A DNA stretch of 64,000 nt, taken from NCBI RefSeq assembly GCF_006345805.1, contig NC_043007.1, positions 55,552,001 through 55,616,000 of the forward strand, written 5' to 3'. The position numbers were made by a program, and so were the translations under genes. Positions 1-12,544 of this stretch are shown here, piece after piece. The DNA comes from Octopus sinensis (lineage: Eukaryota). Under the pieces are notes generated by a model. It ran no database searches. It worked only from the letters and a program-made list of their open reading frames with translations, and had not been told where the DNA came from. Every line of letters starts with the position of its first letter. Position 1 is the stretch's first letter.

Positions 1-78
1 CGTGTTTCGAAAGGCACAAATTACCAAAATCCGATTGAATAATGGGACCATATTGTGTCTTTCTCATCAGGAAGAAAA
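1..78 (-). ncRNA. Type I hammerhead ribozyme, family F (cleavage triplet outside window)
   Basis: Minus strand reads ttcttc-CTGATGA-gaaagacacaa...ttgtgcctttc-GAAAC-ACG; helix II gaaag/ctttc plus cacaa/ttgtg. Confidence 0.75.
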
Positions 79-480
79 AAGGAAATCCGTTGGAAACACA
101 AAAACAGAACAGAGGCGGAGCAAAAAACAAATCGAACTGTGCTCCTAAGAGCCCATGGCGAAACTGTTTATCAGTGTATGTTGAGAACCGGTGGCTGAAG
201 AATTCAACGGGTCAGGCATCGGTCAATCATGTGGGTGAGGGTGTATAGATGTTCTTTGTGACCGAGAATAAAGTTCTGACTATTTAAGGAATATTGGATG
301 TTTTATAAGGGGCGAGAAAAAATCTACTTAGAGACGTGTGTGTGTGTATACTGTTCTATATATGTGTGTGTTGGCGTAGGGGTAGAAAACATTTTTTGTG
401 TACGTGTGTGCGTTTGATCGTTCGGCTGTCAGTGGCTACTGCCGTGATAACCGTTGGGTGGCAAAAAAAAAAATAAAAAA
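1..480 (-). mobile_element. Non-coding HHR-bearing pLTR-like repeat, family F (runs off window edge)
   Basis: 1-130 matches 36781-36980 and 31795-31810; ends in (TA)/(TG) microsatellite; no PLE ORF seen. Confidence 0.6.
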
Positions 481-523
481 ATATATATATATTATGTTTT
501 ATGTGTGTGTGTGTTCATCTGAG

Positions 524-567
<44 letters not shown>

Positions 568-879
568 AACGTGTAATATAATGTGCACTATTTCAACTTC
601 TCTATAGATAAGCACACAATTAATTGATTTGCTAAGACCTCTTTATACTTTTGATCTTCTACCATACTTTTTTCTGTGTAATAATTGGAATTTTAAAGAT
701 GAAATATCGAAAGAATTTCATTTCTTTTGTCTTAGAAATCGTCAACCGTCTTGGATTTCTTCATTTCATTCTATATTCCTCTCTCCTTCTCGCGCATAAA
801 CTGTACTGTTACTATTACTATCATCTTCATCATCATTATTATTGTTGTTATTTCGCTTTAGCACAGGTTTTTTTAGAGC

Positions 880-1600
880 TCCTTGAGACTTACACGCGTA
901 GTGGCCTTGCTATCTGCAGCCTATGGTACCATGCTATCCATTCTTTTCAGCTATCTGATACTTTCATGATTATTCTGGGCATGCCAAGGAGGTAAACCTT
1001 TTGTAACAGTTTTACTTGGCACTCTGTTCAGATTTCCTTTATACCCACCTTGATATTTTCTGATACTGTTCCCAAGGACCCAACTATAATTGGCATTATC
1101 TTCACCTTCTTCATTTTCCATAGCCGGGCTATTTCGTACTTAAGAATCTTGTACTTATCAATTGTTTCAACTTCCTTCTTGACTATTCGTGGTCAAAGGG
1201 GCATGCAACATCAACAAAATATCATATGTGGTGCATCATGTCTTTAAACATCGATATGTTGAATTTTCCCTTATGAATCTGCTACTAATGTATCAATACT
1301 TTACCCTTACCATTCATTTCTCTAAACGCCTTTCTCTTGTTTTCCTGTTAGGCTTGATAGGAATAAGTTCAGTGATTTAGCCAAAGTATCACACAAGACA
1401 TCTACTAATGAGTAGTTCAATCGTTATTTGTGACTAGAGGACTACGAGTTATCTAACTGGATCATTGTGATATACTGTTGATGTTATTTATTACACTAAT
1501 TCATTAAGTTTTGATGATCTCAATACCGAAATCGAATCTTTTCTTTATACGGAAATCAACATAAGCATCCAGAGAAATCGCTCTTAATTAATCGTGCTAT
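880..1600 (+). mobile_element. Highly decayed PLE remnant (possible GIY-YIG tail)
   Basis: 1189-1300 reads GACNINKISYVVHH..RYVEFS, weakly like the C-x-x-x-N-I-I-Y..YVGET GIY-YIG pattern. Confidence 0.3.
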
Positions 1601-1944
1601 GAATTTGCTATTAGTTATTAGCTAAGATCTTGATAAAAGATGGTAATATGGATTTTATCACGGTTAGATGATTTGCTGATTTTATGCAACATTTTCTTTT
1701 AATTACGTATTTATAATGAAAGTATAATTAATCTAATATTCTAATTTAAATGAATTAAAAACCTTTGTTTTAATACTCTCAGAAATGACCTTATCTTTCT
1801 ATTCAAGTTAACAGTAATATTGAAACATATGACAGACTGGATAATTTATAGGCTTCTTGGTAAAATTGATAAGTTGCTTATGAATCTTGTGTTTTTATAC
1901 TCTAAATATATAGATTATTTACATTATTTACAATTGACGGATAT

Positions 1945-1994
1945 TTGTCCTCAACTTTTCGGCTGATATACTCTCCAGCCTTCATCCCGTGTCC
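1945..1994 (-). ncRNA. Degenerate hammerhead motif at PLE 3' end
   Basis: ggacac-GGGATGA-a-ggctg gagagtatat cagcc-GAAAA-gttg; helix II intact, core mutated (GG for CT). Confidence 0.45.
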
Positions 1995-2034
1995 TGGGAA
2001 AATTTCGAACCTGGGTCCTCATTCCTAAGGTATT

Positions 2035-2172
2035 TTTCTTCTTCTTCTTCTTCTTCTTCTTCTTCTTCTTCTTCTTCTTCTTCTTCTTCTTCTTCTTCTT
2101 CTTCTTCTTCTTCTTCTTCTTCTTCTTCTTCTTCTTCTTCTTCTTCTTCTTCTTCTGTTTCTTCTTCTTCTT
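2035..2172. repeat. (CTT)n microsatellite, tail of adjacent inserted repeat
   Basis: Direct reading. Confidence 0.95.
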
Positions 2173-2708
2173 ATTGAGTGAGAGAGAGCAGTGCATGTCA
2201 TCAAAGTTACACTGGGGTAAACCATATGAAGCCCAGAATACCCATCATGACTACCTGTCTATGGGTACACCAGGCACATGCATCACAACTATATGTGCGC
2301 GAATGGTGATCTCATATCAAGATAAACAGCGCTTGACCTTGCAGGTGGGGCCCAGTTAGAATTTTCTTCTGATCGAGTAGCCCATCCTGCTCAAAAGCTC
2401 CCTGAATAAGGATTGTTTAAGGATGTTGAACGAACTACCCATGTTTCCAAAGGTGAATTATCCAAACCTCTAAGAATTCCTTTCAACACAGGGCTATGAT
2501 GCTCCCCCACTACTTCTGCTTGTGATCAGAGATGCACAAATCGTCAGCCACTAAGGGATATGCTCAGCTGGTTAAGGTCAAACAACTGACAAGCAAATCT
2601 ATGGTATTGAGCAGAATATTTGCTGTAGCCCATCTTTTATACCAAGACAAAACAATGTACATGATAACACTTCCAATCAGTTTAAATCAGAAGCCATGAG
2701 AGCCACTG
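2172..2708 (-). mobile_element. Non-LTR-type interspersed repeat with (AAG)n tail, inserted into a PLE 3' region
   Basis: ~540 bp non-coding block between (AAT)n and (AAG)n; resembles an abundant octopus repeat (from memory). Confidence 0.5.
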
Positions 2709-2716
2709 TTCGTATA

Positions 2717-2755
<39 letters not shown>

Positions 2756-2771
2756 GTTATTATTATTATTC

Positions 2772-2845
2772 TGGTCACTGCATGGAATCGAACTCGGAAT
2801 CTTGGGTTTAGTAGCCCGTTCTCTTAACTACTACGCCATATGCCC
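2772..2845 (-). ncRNA. tRNA-like Pol III module (A and B boxes), not a canonical tRNA
   Basis: gggcata-TGGCGTAGTAG-ttaag...GAGTTCGATTCC-atgcagtgacca, followed by (AAT)n; acceptor stem poor. Confidence 0.65.
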
Positions 2846-2859
2846 GTGAACAATTATGG

Positions 2860-3440
2860 AGTGAATTTTAGGGTTTATTCTCCTATCCTTCCTTAATACC
2901 GGTTCCCATATGCTGTTCATAACTACACTCGGTCTGCTTAGGAGGTTGTTGTGTCCTAGCATCCATTGAGCCGCTTCCTTGTGTATATAATCAGTCCATT
3001 AGCAGGAAAGTCAACATCGTACGTGAAGAATCCCAGCCACTTTACAGAATTTATCAAGGATACACCCATTGAATCCAATCAGATGGTGAGGCTAGATGTG
3101 ATAAGTCTGTTTACCAAAGTTTCAACTGGTGAAGCACTATCAGTCAAAAAGAAAAACTTGTGACAAACACACATCTAAAAGAACGCACTAGTATACTAAT
3201 AAGAAACTTGATGGAAATATTAACCATCAGTGTATAAACTACATACTTCAGTATGGACACTTATATATATCGACAAGAAGAGGGTTTAGCTACGGGTTCG
3301 CCATTATCACCGATAATAGCCAATGATGTACATAATTCCTCATCTCTTAAATATAGAACTGTATTATCTAAATATATAACTCTACAGGTTTTAAAACAAT
3401 GTATTTATTATGAAAGCGTTGGTATTCGCAAGTGAATAGG
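2860..3440 (+). mobile_element. PLE fragment: RT remnants on +, inverted C-terminal tail 2860-2965 on -
   Basis: YVKNPSHFTEFIK..LDVISLFTKV and YRQEEGLATGSPLSPIIAN are Penelope/Poseidon RT motifs; minus 2965-2860 reads HNNLLSRPSVVMNSIWEPVL. Confidence 0.75.
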
Positions 3441-3579
3441 GTATGGCTATATGTACATCTAGAACAATTAGCTTGCACTAATTGTATTAAATGTGGTGGC
3501 GAGCAGACATAGACACCATCTCGGTTCCCTCACCATTAAGCCTGTGGCATATACATGATATGAAAGTTGGAGGGAGGGT

Positions 3580-3581
<2 letters not shown>

Positions 3582-3650
<69 letters not shown>
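3582..3650. repeat. (GA)n microsatellite
   Basis: Direct reading. Confidence 0.95.
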
Positions 3651-3652
<2 letters not shown>

Positions 3653-4479
3653 GCATTAGCACTATGCATGTATTCGTTTCTAAGCTGGGTAGATTGTAGC
3701 TATGTGAAATAAAGTTTATGGCTCAAGACACAACGAGTCACCTGGTCTGAATAACCTAACCACTCGAATCATTAAACCAAATCATTATTATTCGATTAGA
3801 TTATTTAAAGACAAAAACGATGTGTTTTTATAGAATTGTGCAAACGATGTCTTTGCGTAGTGCAATAATTTCTGTTAATTCGATTCCTGGCAGCGTCATT
3901 TAGTTGCCTTATGGAATAAAAATAATTTTATTTTGAGTTTTAAAATACGAAGGCCTAATTACAAGTGAGAGGTATAGTTAAAACAAATATTATTTGGTTC
4001 CTGGTTGCATCTATCACTTTTCAGTGACGTTAATAAAACTGTGGAAAAACGAATGGTCATTGCAACGATCACTTCGCTTCTAATTAAAGTCAGTTCTTCA
4101 AATCATTCTGTGACGGTTACCACTGAATATAAATAGTGAAAGAGAATACACGTGATGATTGACTATGTTTATTTCGACATTTATGGTAAATGAATACACA
4201 TACACACTTACAGACAACTGTAAAAACGTACGAACATACGCATTCACACATATACATACACACACATATACAGCGCGCTCGTAAGGATAAGATAATTTAG
4301 TTGTTTATCTCGGGAAGCACACGCACGGGCCGCAGACATCTGGAAATTATCAAAGGCGGATACCGACCTTTCGGATTACCAAAAATCACTAACTTTCACT
4401 TTCGTTGTAAAGTATGAATAATGAAAATTGATGATATGAGATTATGATAACATTTCTATTATTTCATGGTCGACAACCA

Positions 4480-4506
4480 TGACACACACACGCACACACA
4501 CACGCA

Positions 4507-4557
<51 letters not shown>

Positions 4558-4596
4558 ACACACACACACAGACAGACAGACAGACACACACACACA

Positions 4597-4628
<32 letters not shown>
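4480..4628. repeat. (CA)n microsatellite
   Basis: Direct reading. Confidence 0.95.
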
Positions 4629-4629
<1 letters not shown>

Positions 4630-4849
4630 TGGTGGACTGGCCAGATTGCCAGCTTGCCCGATGGCAAGTGGGCCCCTGCGCCACTAGAATCAATATATGG
4701 GGACCCATGTTAGTATTTAAGAGTCCCATCCCCTCAAGTTCGAGAATTTTTTATTTACTCCATGAAGAATGCATTAATTATTTCAGACTGGCTCTGTTTG
4801 TAGACAGTTCAAAAGAATACTTTTAGCAAAAAAAGAAAAAAATTTAAAG

Positions 4850-5540
4850 ATAGCATTGTAGTTGCGGGTGGGTCCTCTTAGTTTCCTGGCAACAATATTT
4901 TAGACCCAGTCAGCCACTGTATATACATAAGGCAAATAAGAAGACAGAACAGACTGTGAGAAACACTCACGCTAAGAGTAAACACGAAAACACAAGTATA
5001 GATATTCCATTTGTAGTCACTCACAATCCTAAGAGCTACATCATCATATCTTCAGTCAATCGATACCTCTAAATTCTATATCAATCATCAAGTCTTCGAC
5101 AAATAATTATAAAGTCACATATCATCGACCGTCGAAGACAACCACCAAACAAAGGCGAGGTTCACATCGGAGAAAGAAATAAACAAGTTACGAACTGTTG
5201 AGCCGCTTGTTGTGGGACATGTAAAATAATTGAGACAAGAAACAATCAAAAGATTCAAGAATGGGAAGGAATTGAAAGTGGGTATTCACATGAATTGCAA
5301 AACAAAACATCTCACCTACTGCATTACATACCCAGGATGCAATGAGAATTATATTGGAGAAACCGGGACAAATCTAACCAGTTGTGCAAACGTGCATAAA
5401 TAACAAATTAAAGATTGATCTCTTAGAAATGTTCCACTTAGTGAACAACTAGACATTTGTACAAATGGAAAATTTAAAGTATTTCTCTTTAACAACTACA
5501 AAAAACAAAAGAAGAAGAATTTTTAAAAAATCCGAAACTA
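4850..5540 (+). mobile_element. Decayed PLE (Neptune-like) linker plus GIY-YIG
   Basis: IPFVVTHNPKS near 5000; MNCKTKHLTYCITYPGCNENYIGETGTNL at 5290-5380. Confidence 0.7.
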
Positions 5541-5589
5541 AACCGGAAGTGGTTAATACCAAAAAACTTTCGGGGTATTTGGATAATTG

Positions 5590-6110
5590 CCAAAAGTCCC
5601 TGACCTGGCAGTGCTATAGGAACACTTTACCTGTTCGCGATAGGTTTATCTAGGCATGGAATGTCAGTACCACCGACACGTCCAAGATGTGGGCTGGACG
5701 ATGAAATTGTCCCGCACGCTATTTTACACTGTCGGAAGCTTTCAGGCGTGATAGTTTACGTTGAACACGTGTTGTCACACCTAGGCAGAGTACAGCTATC
5801 ACCTGAATCTATAATAAAGATTATGCCCCCCCCCCCCACCGGACTCTCAATAGAAGGTGAGGTATGTTCTCTCCTTACCGTGGCAGTGTTGAAAGAGTTT
5901 GTTTGGAAGACTAAACTGCAAGGACTCGTGACCGGAGCCTTCATCTCTGACCCCAGATTGCTCACTTTTTTCAGATATCATCTGACGAGCAAGATAGGTC
6001 TGGAGAGGAGATGACTGTCGCGAGATGTGTTTGACAAAAGATAGAAGGCTGTGGTAAGAAAGGTGGGTGCGAGTGACTCTGCTTAATCTTCATGGAAAAG
6101 GAAAAGGTAT
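5590..6110 (+). mobile_element. Tx1/L1 ORF2 C-terminal fragment (zf-RVT region)
   Basis: KSLTWQCYRNTLPVRDR, then P-RCG-DDEIVPHAILHC..KEFVWK. Confidence 0.7.
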
Positions 6111-6602
6111 AGGCCGTCAATTTCAATCCCCCAAAAAAGTCAATATATCATCCAATATTTTTAAAAATAAGTATCATACGAACTCATAGTAATAATAATT
6201 GACTCTTAATTTACTCTGACAATTCTTCGGTTTTAATGAAAGAAAAATGTTGAGGCTCGCAGGGATTTAGATATAGAATATAGAGGGATGAATAAAAATT
6301 GATGGTATCAGCTATTCAGTTCAGTTATGTTGCAATTTCATTAATTCACCGCCTTAAACTAATTAGTGACTAATGAAACAAGTATATGAATTAAACGGTG
6401 GAATAGTAAAAACAAAACAAAACAAAAAACAACTATGTGAGATTAGATGAGAAATTGCACAAATTAAATATCAAATGATATAATATTTGATAAGAGACAA
6501 AACCAGATTAAGAGCCGGAGTAGATCTAATTAGACGACGGTTTAATCAACTCCTAAGATGAAAAGAAATCTCCAGAAAATTAAATCGCTTTCCAGCTGAA
6601 TA

Positions 6603-7770
6603 ACACTGGTCAACACGATTTTTGGTGCCAAGAAACAAAACACGTTTTTAGCTAATTTGATGGTACTGATTCCGAAAATGACCTTAGTTTTTCATGGTTA
6701 GCTACCGTTTTTGCAGAAGGCACAAAGGTAACATTCTATCGAAATAGGGATGCCGAATTTGTACCATTCTTTAATGAGAACACGGAACTTGTTCATTGCA
6801 ATGCTGTTGAGAGCGTTCTTCTTCAACTAGGCGTCCACAAATACGATCCTGATGAATGGAGATTGTTCATTGATAGTTCAAAACGTAATTTGAAATGTGT
6901 TTTGTTCCATAATACCAGCATGTATATGCCAATACCTATAGGTCATTCAACAACTTTGAAAGAAAAACATGATGCTATTCAACAGGTTATGGAACAGATT
7001 GACTACACCAAACATAAATGGGTGTTATGTGTCGATTTGAAAATGGTAAATTTCCTGCTCGGTCAACAAAGTGGCTACACGAAATTCCCATGTTTTGCTC
7101 TACGACAGTAGAGCAAAAGAGGAGCACTAGAAAAGGAAAGATTGGCCACCTCGAGAGTTGAAGGTCAGTGAAAAGAACGTTATTTGTGCAGCACTAATTC
7201 CGAAAGAAAAAATCATTTTCCCTCCCTTGCATATCAAATTGGGATTAATGAAACAGTATATAAAATCACTCGACAATGAAAGTAAATGTTTTGAATATAT
7301 ACGTTAATCATTTCCAAGACTTAGCACTGAAAAACTCAAGGTAGGAGTGTTTAATGGTCCTGATATCAGGAAACTCATTAAGGATGGTGAATTTGTTAAT
7401 TCAATAACTTGGAATTACGCGTTTAGACATTGCTTGTTGACGTGGTGAAAAACGTCTTAGGCAATGGCCGGGCCGAAAACTACAAGGAATTCGTGGAAAA
7501 GCTGTTATAAAGTCTACAGAACATAGACGCTAATATGAGTAATAAGGTTCATTTTTACATAGTCATCTAGATAAATTTCCGGATAATTGCGGTGATGAGA
7601 GTGATGAGCAAGTAGAAAGATTCCATAAGGGTATCAAAACAATGTAAGAGAGCTACCAGGGACAGTGGGACAAACGAATGATGGCTGACTTCTGCTGGAG
7701 TATCAAAAGGGACTGAAATAACATTTAACATGACAGACAATCAAGAAAGAGAAAATTTTTACCATAGTAC
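6603..7770 (+). mobile_element. Decayed DDE transposase, Chapaev3-like
   Basis: EWRLFIDSSKRNLKCVLFHN..DLKMVNFLLGQQSGYTKFPCF..ERFH..W..RMMADFCW; begins CACTG; stops and internal deletion. Family assignment from memory. Confidence 0.7.
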
Positions 7771-7968
7771 TTATGTTCGCGAAGGTTTTATTTCTGCTGT
7801 TAGTTTATTTAATGATTTAATGAAAATACTTGTTAATCTTGGTATATAGTTTTAAAGACTTAGGGTTTGATTGTTATTACAAAAATAGACTATCAGAATG
7901 ATGTAGACGCCCCTGATAAGAACCCAATATGATTCGAAAATCGATTAAGGTTGTTAATAATTTTTATA

Positions 7969-8006
7969 GGCGTAGGAGTGGCTGTGTGGTAAATAGCTTG
8001 CTAACC
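7969..8006 (+). mobile_element. SINE S1 head, split by insertion
   Basis: ggcgtaggagtggctgtgtggtaaatagcttgc matches the intact copy at 57029; continues at 12545. Confidence 0.8.
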
Positions 8007-10427
8007 TCTGTTGAAGTCGCACGTGTTTTTTTGGCGGGGAGTTATTGCTGCTTGATGTCACGTCGTTCGTCGTGAAATATTGAATTTTGAGGCTCGACTA
8101 CAGGTAGGCGTTTGTTTTATATTTGTGAGGGCTTAGTGGAGTTTGTTGCTCTGTATTTAATATTGTTTTGGTGAGTAATAGACTCCACTCTGCGCCAGAC
8201 ATTTTCCTGCCTGTGGCTGCCTTTAGAGACTCACTTTGCAGTGAGAATTGTGTTATTGAGGAGGCGTAGTCCCTCCGAAAAAAATAATTTGTTTTGAAAT
8301 TGTCTTTGTGTTTTCCACTGGATTTACCACGGAGTACCAAGGATTACCAAGGATCGTTTTTGCAAGGTATTTTACCAATTGACCATTTGGCCAGGAGTAC
8401 CTTTTTTGGCCGAAAAAATTAATTCCTTTATCTGGATTTGAACTCTCTTCTTCGAGCTATCGTTTATTAAAAAAAAAAGAACTTTTTTGAACTGCTATTT
8501 CTATTTTTTTTTCTTCCCTTCTGTTGTGTTTTTCTTTCTCCTTTTTGTGTCTTATTTTATTTTCTTACATTTTGAACTGTAATTGAACATTGTGTTAAAA
8601 TGGCAAAGGAATTTCTTGTGTGGGAGTTGACACCTCCCAAAAAATATTTAAAAGAGCTGGAGGAGAAGACCGTGGTGTTGAGGACTTATTCGAAGTCGCT
8701 CGACACCATAGCCGTCTTTCCGAAGGCCACAATTTTGAACGAGCTGGCAGACTACATGCCAGCCATTAAATTTATTGCAAGGGGAGTGAAATATGCAACG
8801 GTACGGTTGCTATTTGACTCCCCACAAGAAGCTTGCGATTTTGCAAGTCAGCCCCTCGAGGGTGAGGAAATATTGTTTCTTCCAAACTACTGTGGAAAGA
8901 AACTATTGAAGGCTTGGATCTGCGGACTGCCACCCGGATTTGAGCCCGAGTGGATAGAGGTCTCTATCCGCCGGGGTTGGTGGTAGCAGCACCAAGCTGC
9001 TGAATGTAAAAGTGTTGCCTGCGGCTGATTGGGAGGGGTCGAAAGCTGTTTTGACCCTATGGACCCAATCAACCGAAAGTCTGGTTTTTCCAGATTTCTT
9101 GAGGATGGCCGGATCCAGGTATCCGGTGATGCTTGAGGGACGCCCCCCCCAAATGTCACCTGTGCCTGGAGACCGGCCACATTAAGAAGAACTGCCCCAG
9201 AGACCAAAGTAGGATCCTGGAGCAGAAAAAAGAGAAAGTGCACGCCGCCCCTTCATTGGAAGAAAATAACGAGGGCTTTCGTATGTGGGCTGCCGCCCGG
9301 AGTTCGGTCTGAATGGATCGAACAGACCATTCGTAGAGGTCTGGGCGGTAATGGAACCAAGCTCCTCAGTGTCAGGGTGGAGGCCGCGACCGATTGGGCA
9401 GAGTCAAAAGCAGTTCTGACCCTTTGGACCCAGTCGGCCGGAGACCTAGTATTCCCTGTTTCTTTGGTAATGGCCGGGGCCAGGTACCCGGTGATCATTG
9501 AGGGTCGCCCCCCCCAAGTGTCACCTGTGCCTGGAACCAGGCCACATCAAAAGGAACTGCCCCTAGGGCCGACGAAAGGCCCTGGAGCAGAAGAAAAAAG
9601 AAAAGGTGCCCTCCGCCCCCCATTGGAGGAGAGACGGAGGAGGTTGCCTCCTCGAAAAGGAAACGAAAGGAGAGTAACAATGGTTGCTCACCAAAAGACA
9701 ACACAGGTTGCGGGAGAGGAGAAGGACCTCCCGGTTAGGCCGATAGAGGTCCTGACTCCCGCAACCCCAAATAAAAGAAATGAAAGAAGAAAAAGAAAAA
9801 ATGGGAGACGGTCGGTGGAGGTTGATGTGCCGCCGACAGATCCTAATGATCTGCGGGTGGAATGTCTGCCACCGGTGGAAAATACTCCGTCAGTGGGTAT
9901 TGTGCCACTCACAGAGCAGGCTGAGGCTCCTCCCCGTGAGGAAGAGGTGGAACCCATCATTTTCTATCACATGGGAGGGCCTGTTGAGAGATTCTTGGAC
10001 AGTCTTCTCGACCGAGAACGTTACGACTCGGTCTGCACAGACTGTGCAAGTTGGTCTCCGCAGGTGGAAGTCATAACGCAAAAAGAACTTTTTGAGGTCA
10101 TGGTGACCTTTGGAAATGAAGAATTTGTTTTTCTCTTTCCGGGCCCCGACCTGCCGATGCAGGCTTTCCTGCAGGCGGCAGGGAACTTAGTCGGGGGCTC
10201 GGATGAGGAAGAGGAAGATGAATGGAAGTTTTGTAATTTTTGTGATATGTTTTGATTAAAATTGAATAAAAGAACAGCGATTTCGAGTGGTTATATGGCG
10301 GCGGGCGACGGTGCCCCTCCCATTTTTGTTCATTATTGTCGTTATCATCCTCATCTCATCAATGTCTTTGTCCAGCCCGCAGCTACCTATCTGTGTACGG
10401 CTTTCATGGCCAATTTGATGAATAAAA
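8007..10427 (+). mobile_element. ORF1-only Tx1/L1-like element, copy 1
   Basis: Pyrimidine-rich 5' UTR; gag-like ORF1 8600-10255 with frameshifts; CCHC knuckles CHLCLETGHIKKNC (9154) and CHLCLEPGHIKRNC (9519); conserved 3' tail ending aataaaa; no ORF2. Confidence 0.75.
8600..10255 (+). pseudogene. Disrupted ORF1 (RRM-like, CCHC, K/E-rich tail)
   Basis: ORFs 8600-8986 and 9377-10255; knuckles shifted out of frame at poly-C runs. Confidence 0.7.
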
Positions 10428-10436
10428 GTAGCTTGC

Positions 10437-12544
10437 GCATGAGCGAGCCAAAGTTGTGTTTGACACTGAAGCTGTAAGACGTATTTTTGGAGCCGTCTTA
10501 AATTGAAGAGTTTTGAAACTCAGCCGTAAGGTAAGATTTCTTTGGGTCTAGTGGGGACCTCTTGTCTGCCGCAATTATCTTTTACAAACAAGAAGTCCTC
10601 ACTAGATTCCAGTCTACCTGAGGCTGAGTGAAAATTTCTTTTTTCACTTAAATATGAAAATAGTTTTTCAACGATATAGTTCCTGTCAAGGAGTATCTAT
10701 GAGAAGAAAATTGGAATGATTTATTAACTGTTTAATAATTGTGTTAACATTTTGGCCCGGAGTACCGAGTGTCCTTTGCTGCGTTTTGAACTGTTGCTCT
10801 CTCTTTATCTATCTTTTATTAAAAAAAACTCTTTATTGGACTGTAAATTTTTTCTCTCCTCCCGTTTTGTTTGCACTTTTTCTCTCCTTCTTTTTTGTTT
10901 GGACTTTTTCTCTTCCTTGTTTTTCCTTAATTATTTTGTATTTTGAGAACTATATATTTGGACCGTTTAAAAAAAAAAATATGGCAAATAACAAAGGAAA
11001 GTTGGTGGAGTGGGAATTTACACCATCCAAATAATGATTAAAAGAACTTGAAAGTAAGACATAGTTTTGAGGACCTACTCTAGGACCCTCGACGCCATTC
11101 CCGTTTTCAGAAAGGATATAATCGAAAGTGAGTTGGCAGAACTTAAGCCAGCGATTAAGTTTATCACTCGGGGGGTCAAATACGCAACCGTGTGGTTGCT
11201 GTTTGACTCCCTAGAAGTGGATCGGGAATTTGCGAGTCAACCCCTGGAGGGCAATGAAATTTTGTTTCTTCCCACTTATTGTGGGAAGAAGTTGACGAGG
11301 GCTTGGGTTTGCGGCTTGCCACCCGGAGTGGATAGGATATACTATTCGCCGGGGTCTGGGTGGCAGTAGCACCAAGCTCCTCAACGTAAATATTCTGCCT
11401 GCGACTGACTCGGAGGGGTCACAAGCTGTTGTAACCCTATGAAGCCAGTCAGCCGAAAGTCTGGTATTTCCAGACTTTTTGAGAATGGCCGGGTCTAGGT
11501 ATTCGGTGATGCTTGAGGGACGCCCCAACAGGTGTCATCAGTGCCTGGAGCCTGGCCATATAAAAAAGAACTGTCTTCAAAGGTAAAACAAAGTCCTGGA
11601 GCGGTTGATGGAGACCTCTGTAGAGGCGGCCGAGGAGACGGAGGACTCCTCAAAGAAGAGCCGCAAAAGGAAGAAGGTAGGCAATAATGGGTGCTCACCG
11701 AAGGATCCTGGGGATGAGGGAGGGGAGGCGAATCTCCCGGTCACGGAGGAGACGTACCCTCCCCCAGTCGAGAAGAAAAAAGGAAGAGGAAGGGAAAGGG
11801 ACATTGCCAGCAGTCAGAGACATGGCGCTGGAGTGTTCCGGAGCCTCGTTGGTTGTGCCACCGGCGGGTGGGGGAGAGACACCATTGGCTGGAATTGTGC
11901 CGCCAACGATACAATTGACCCCTTCGGAGGCAGAGGACGAAGAACTGTTGGTCTTCTTTTATAGAGGCGGAGAGGTGGAAAAAGTGATGGAAGAACACTA
12001 CGAGGGAGTATCTGGCCTTCACACGGGATCCCGAATGACCTCCTCAGATAGCTGTGGAGGTCATAATGTTGTGCGTGTTACAAAGGCTGAATGGACTAAA
12101 AGAGGAATATCGCTCGTGGCCGGGTGACGGCAACTCGGATCCGCCTTGATTTTAAAGCAAGCATGGGAGATGGTGGAGTACATAGACACAAGCGATGATG
12201 AGGTGGAAAATTGACAAGAGGTTGAAAAGCCTCAAGAGGCTCAGCGCCTCTTTTGTAAATGGACTAGTGTTGCTTGTATATTGAATATTTTATTGTATGT
12301 TATTGCATGTTATTATTTGGCATGGACTATTAAGTCCAATAATTGTAAAAACTGTCCCTCGCTTTGTTTTTTTCTGTTGGAAAAAAGAAGAATGATATTT
12401 TAGAGAAACAGAAAATCGGCGGGCGTTTTTTGTCTTCTCCCATCAATATCATCCTTGTTTCATCTTTCATCTCATCAATGTATGTGTCCAGCCTGCTCAC
12501 TACTCTTTGTAATGCCTTTATGGCAAATCTTAATGAAATAAAGC
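10437..12544 (+). mobile_element. ORF1-only Tx1/L1-like element, copy 2
   Basis: ORF1 from 10981 (MANNKGKLVEWEFTP) is paralogous to 8600; CHQCLEPGHIKKNC at 11533; tail 12465-12544 similar to 10355-10427. Confidence 0.75.

Noticed and set aside
2772-2845. Functional tRNA gene
   Set aside because: Acceptor and anticodon stems pair poorly, and it is embedded in repeat context; kept only as tRNA-like.
7905-7952. HHR-like CTGATAA-gaa..ttc-GAAAATCGATTA
   Set aside because: G8 is mutated and helix I is poor; at best a dead relic.
8600-12215. Retroviral/LTR gag or domesticated host gene
   Set aside because: No LTRs, PBS or pol; the EGRPP-CCHC layout, 3' tail and target duplication fit a non-LTR ORF1; frameshifts argue against a host gene.
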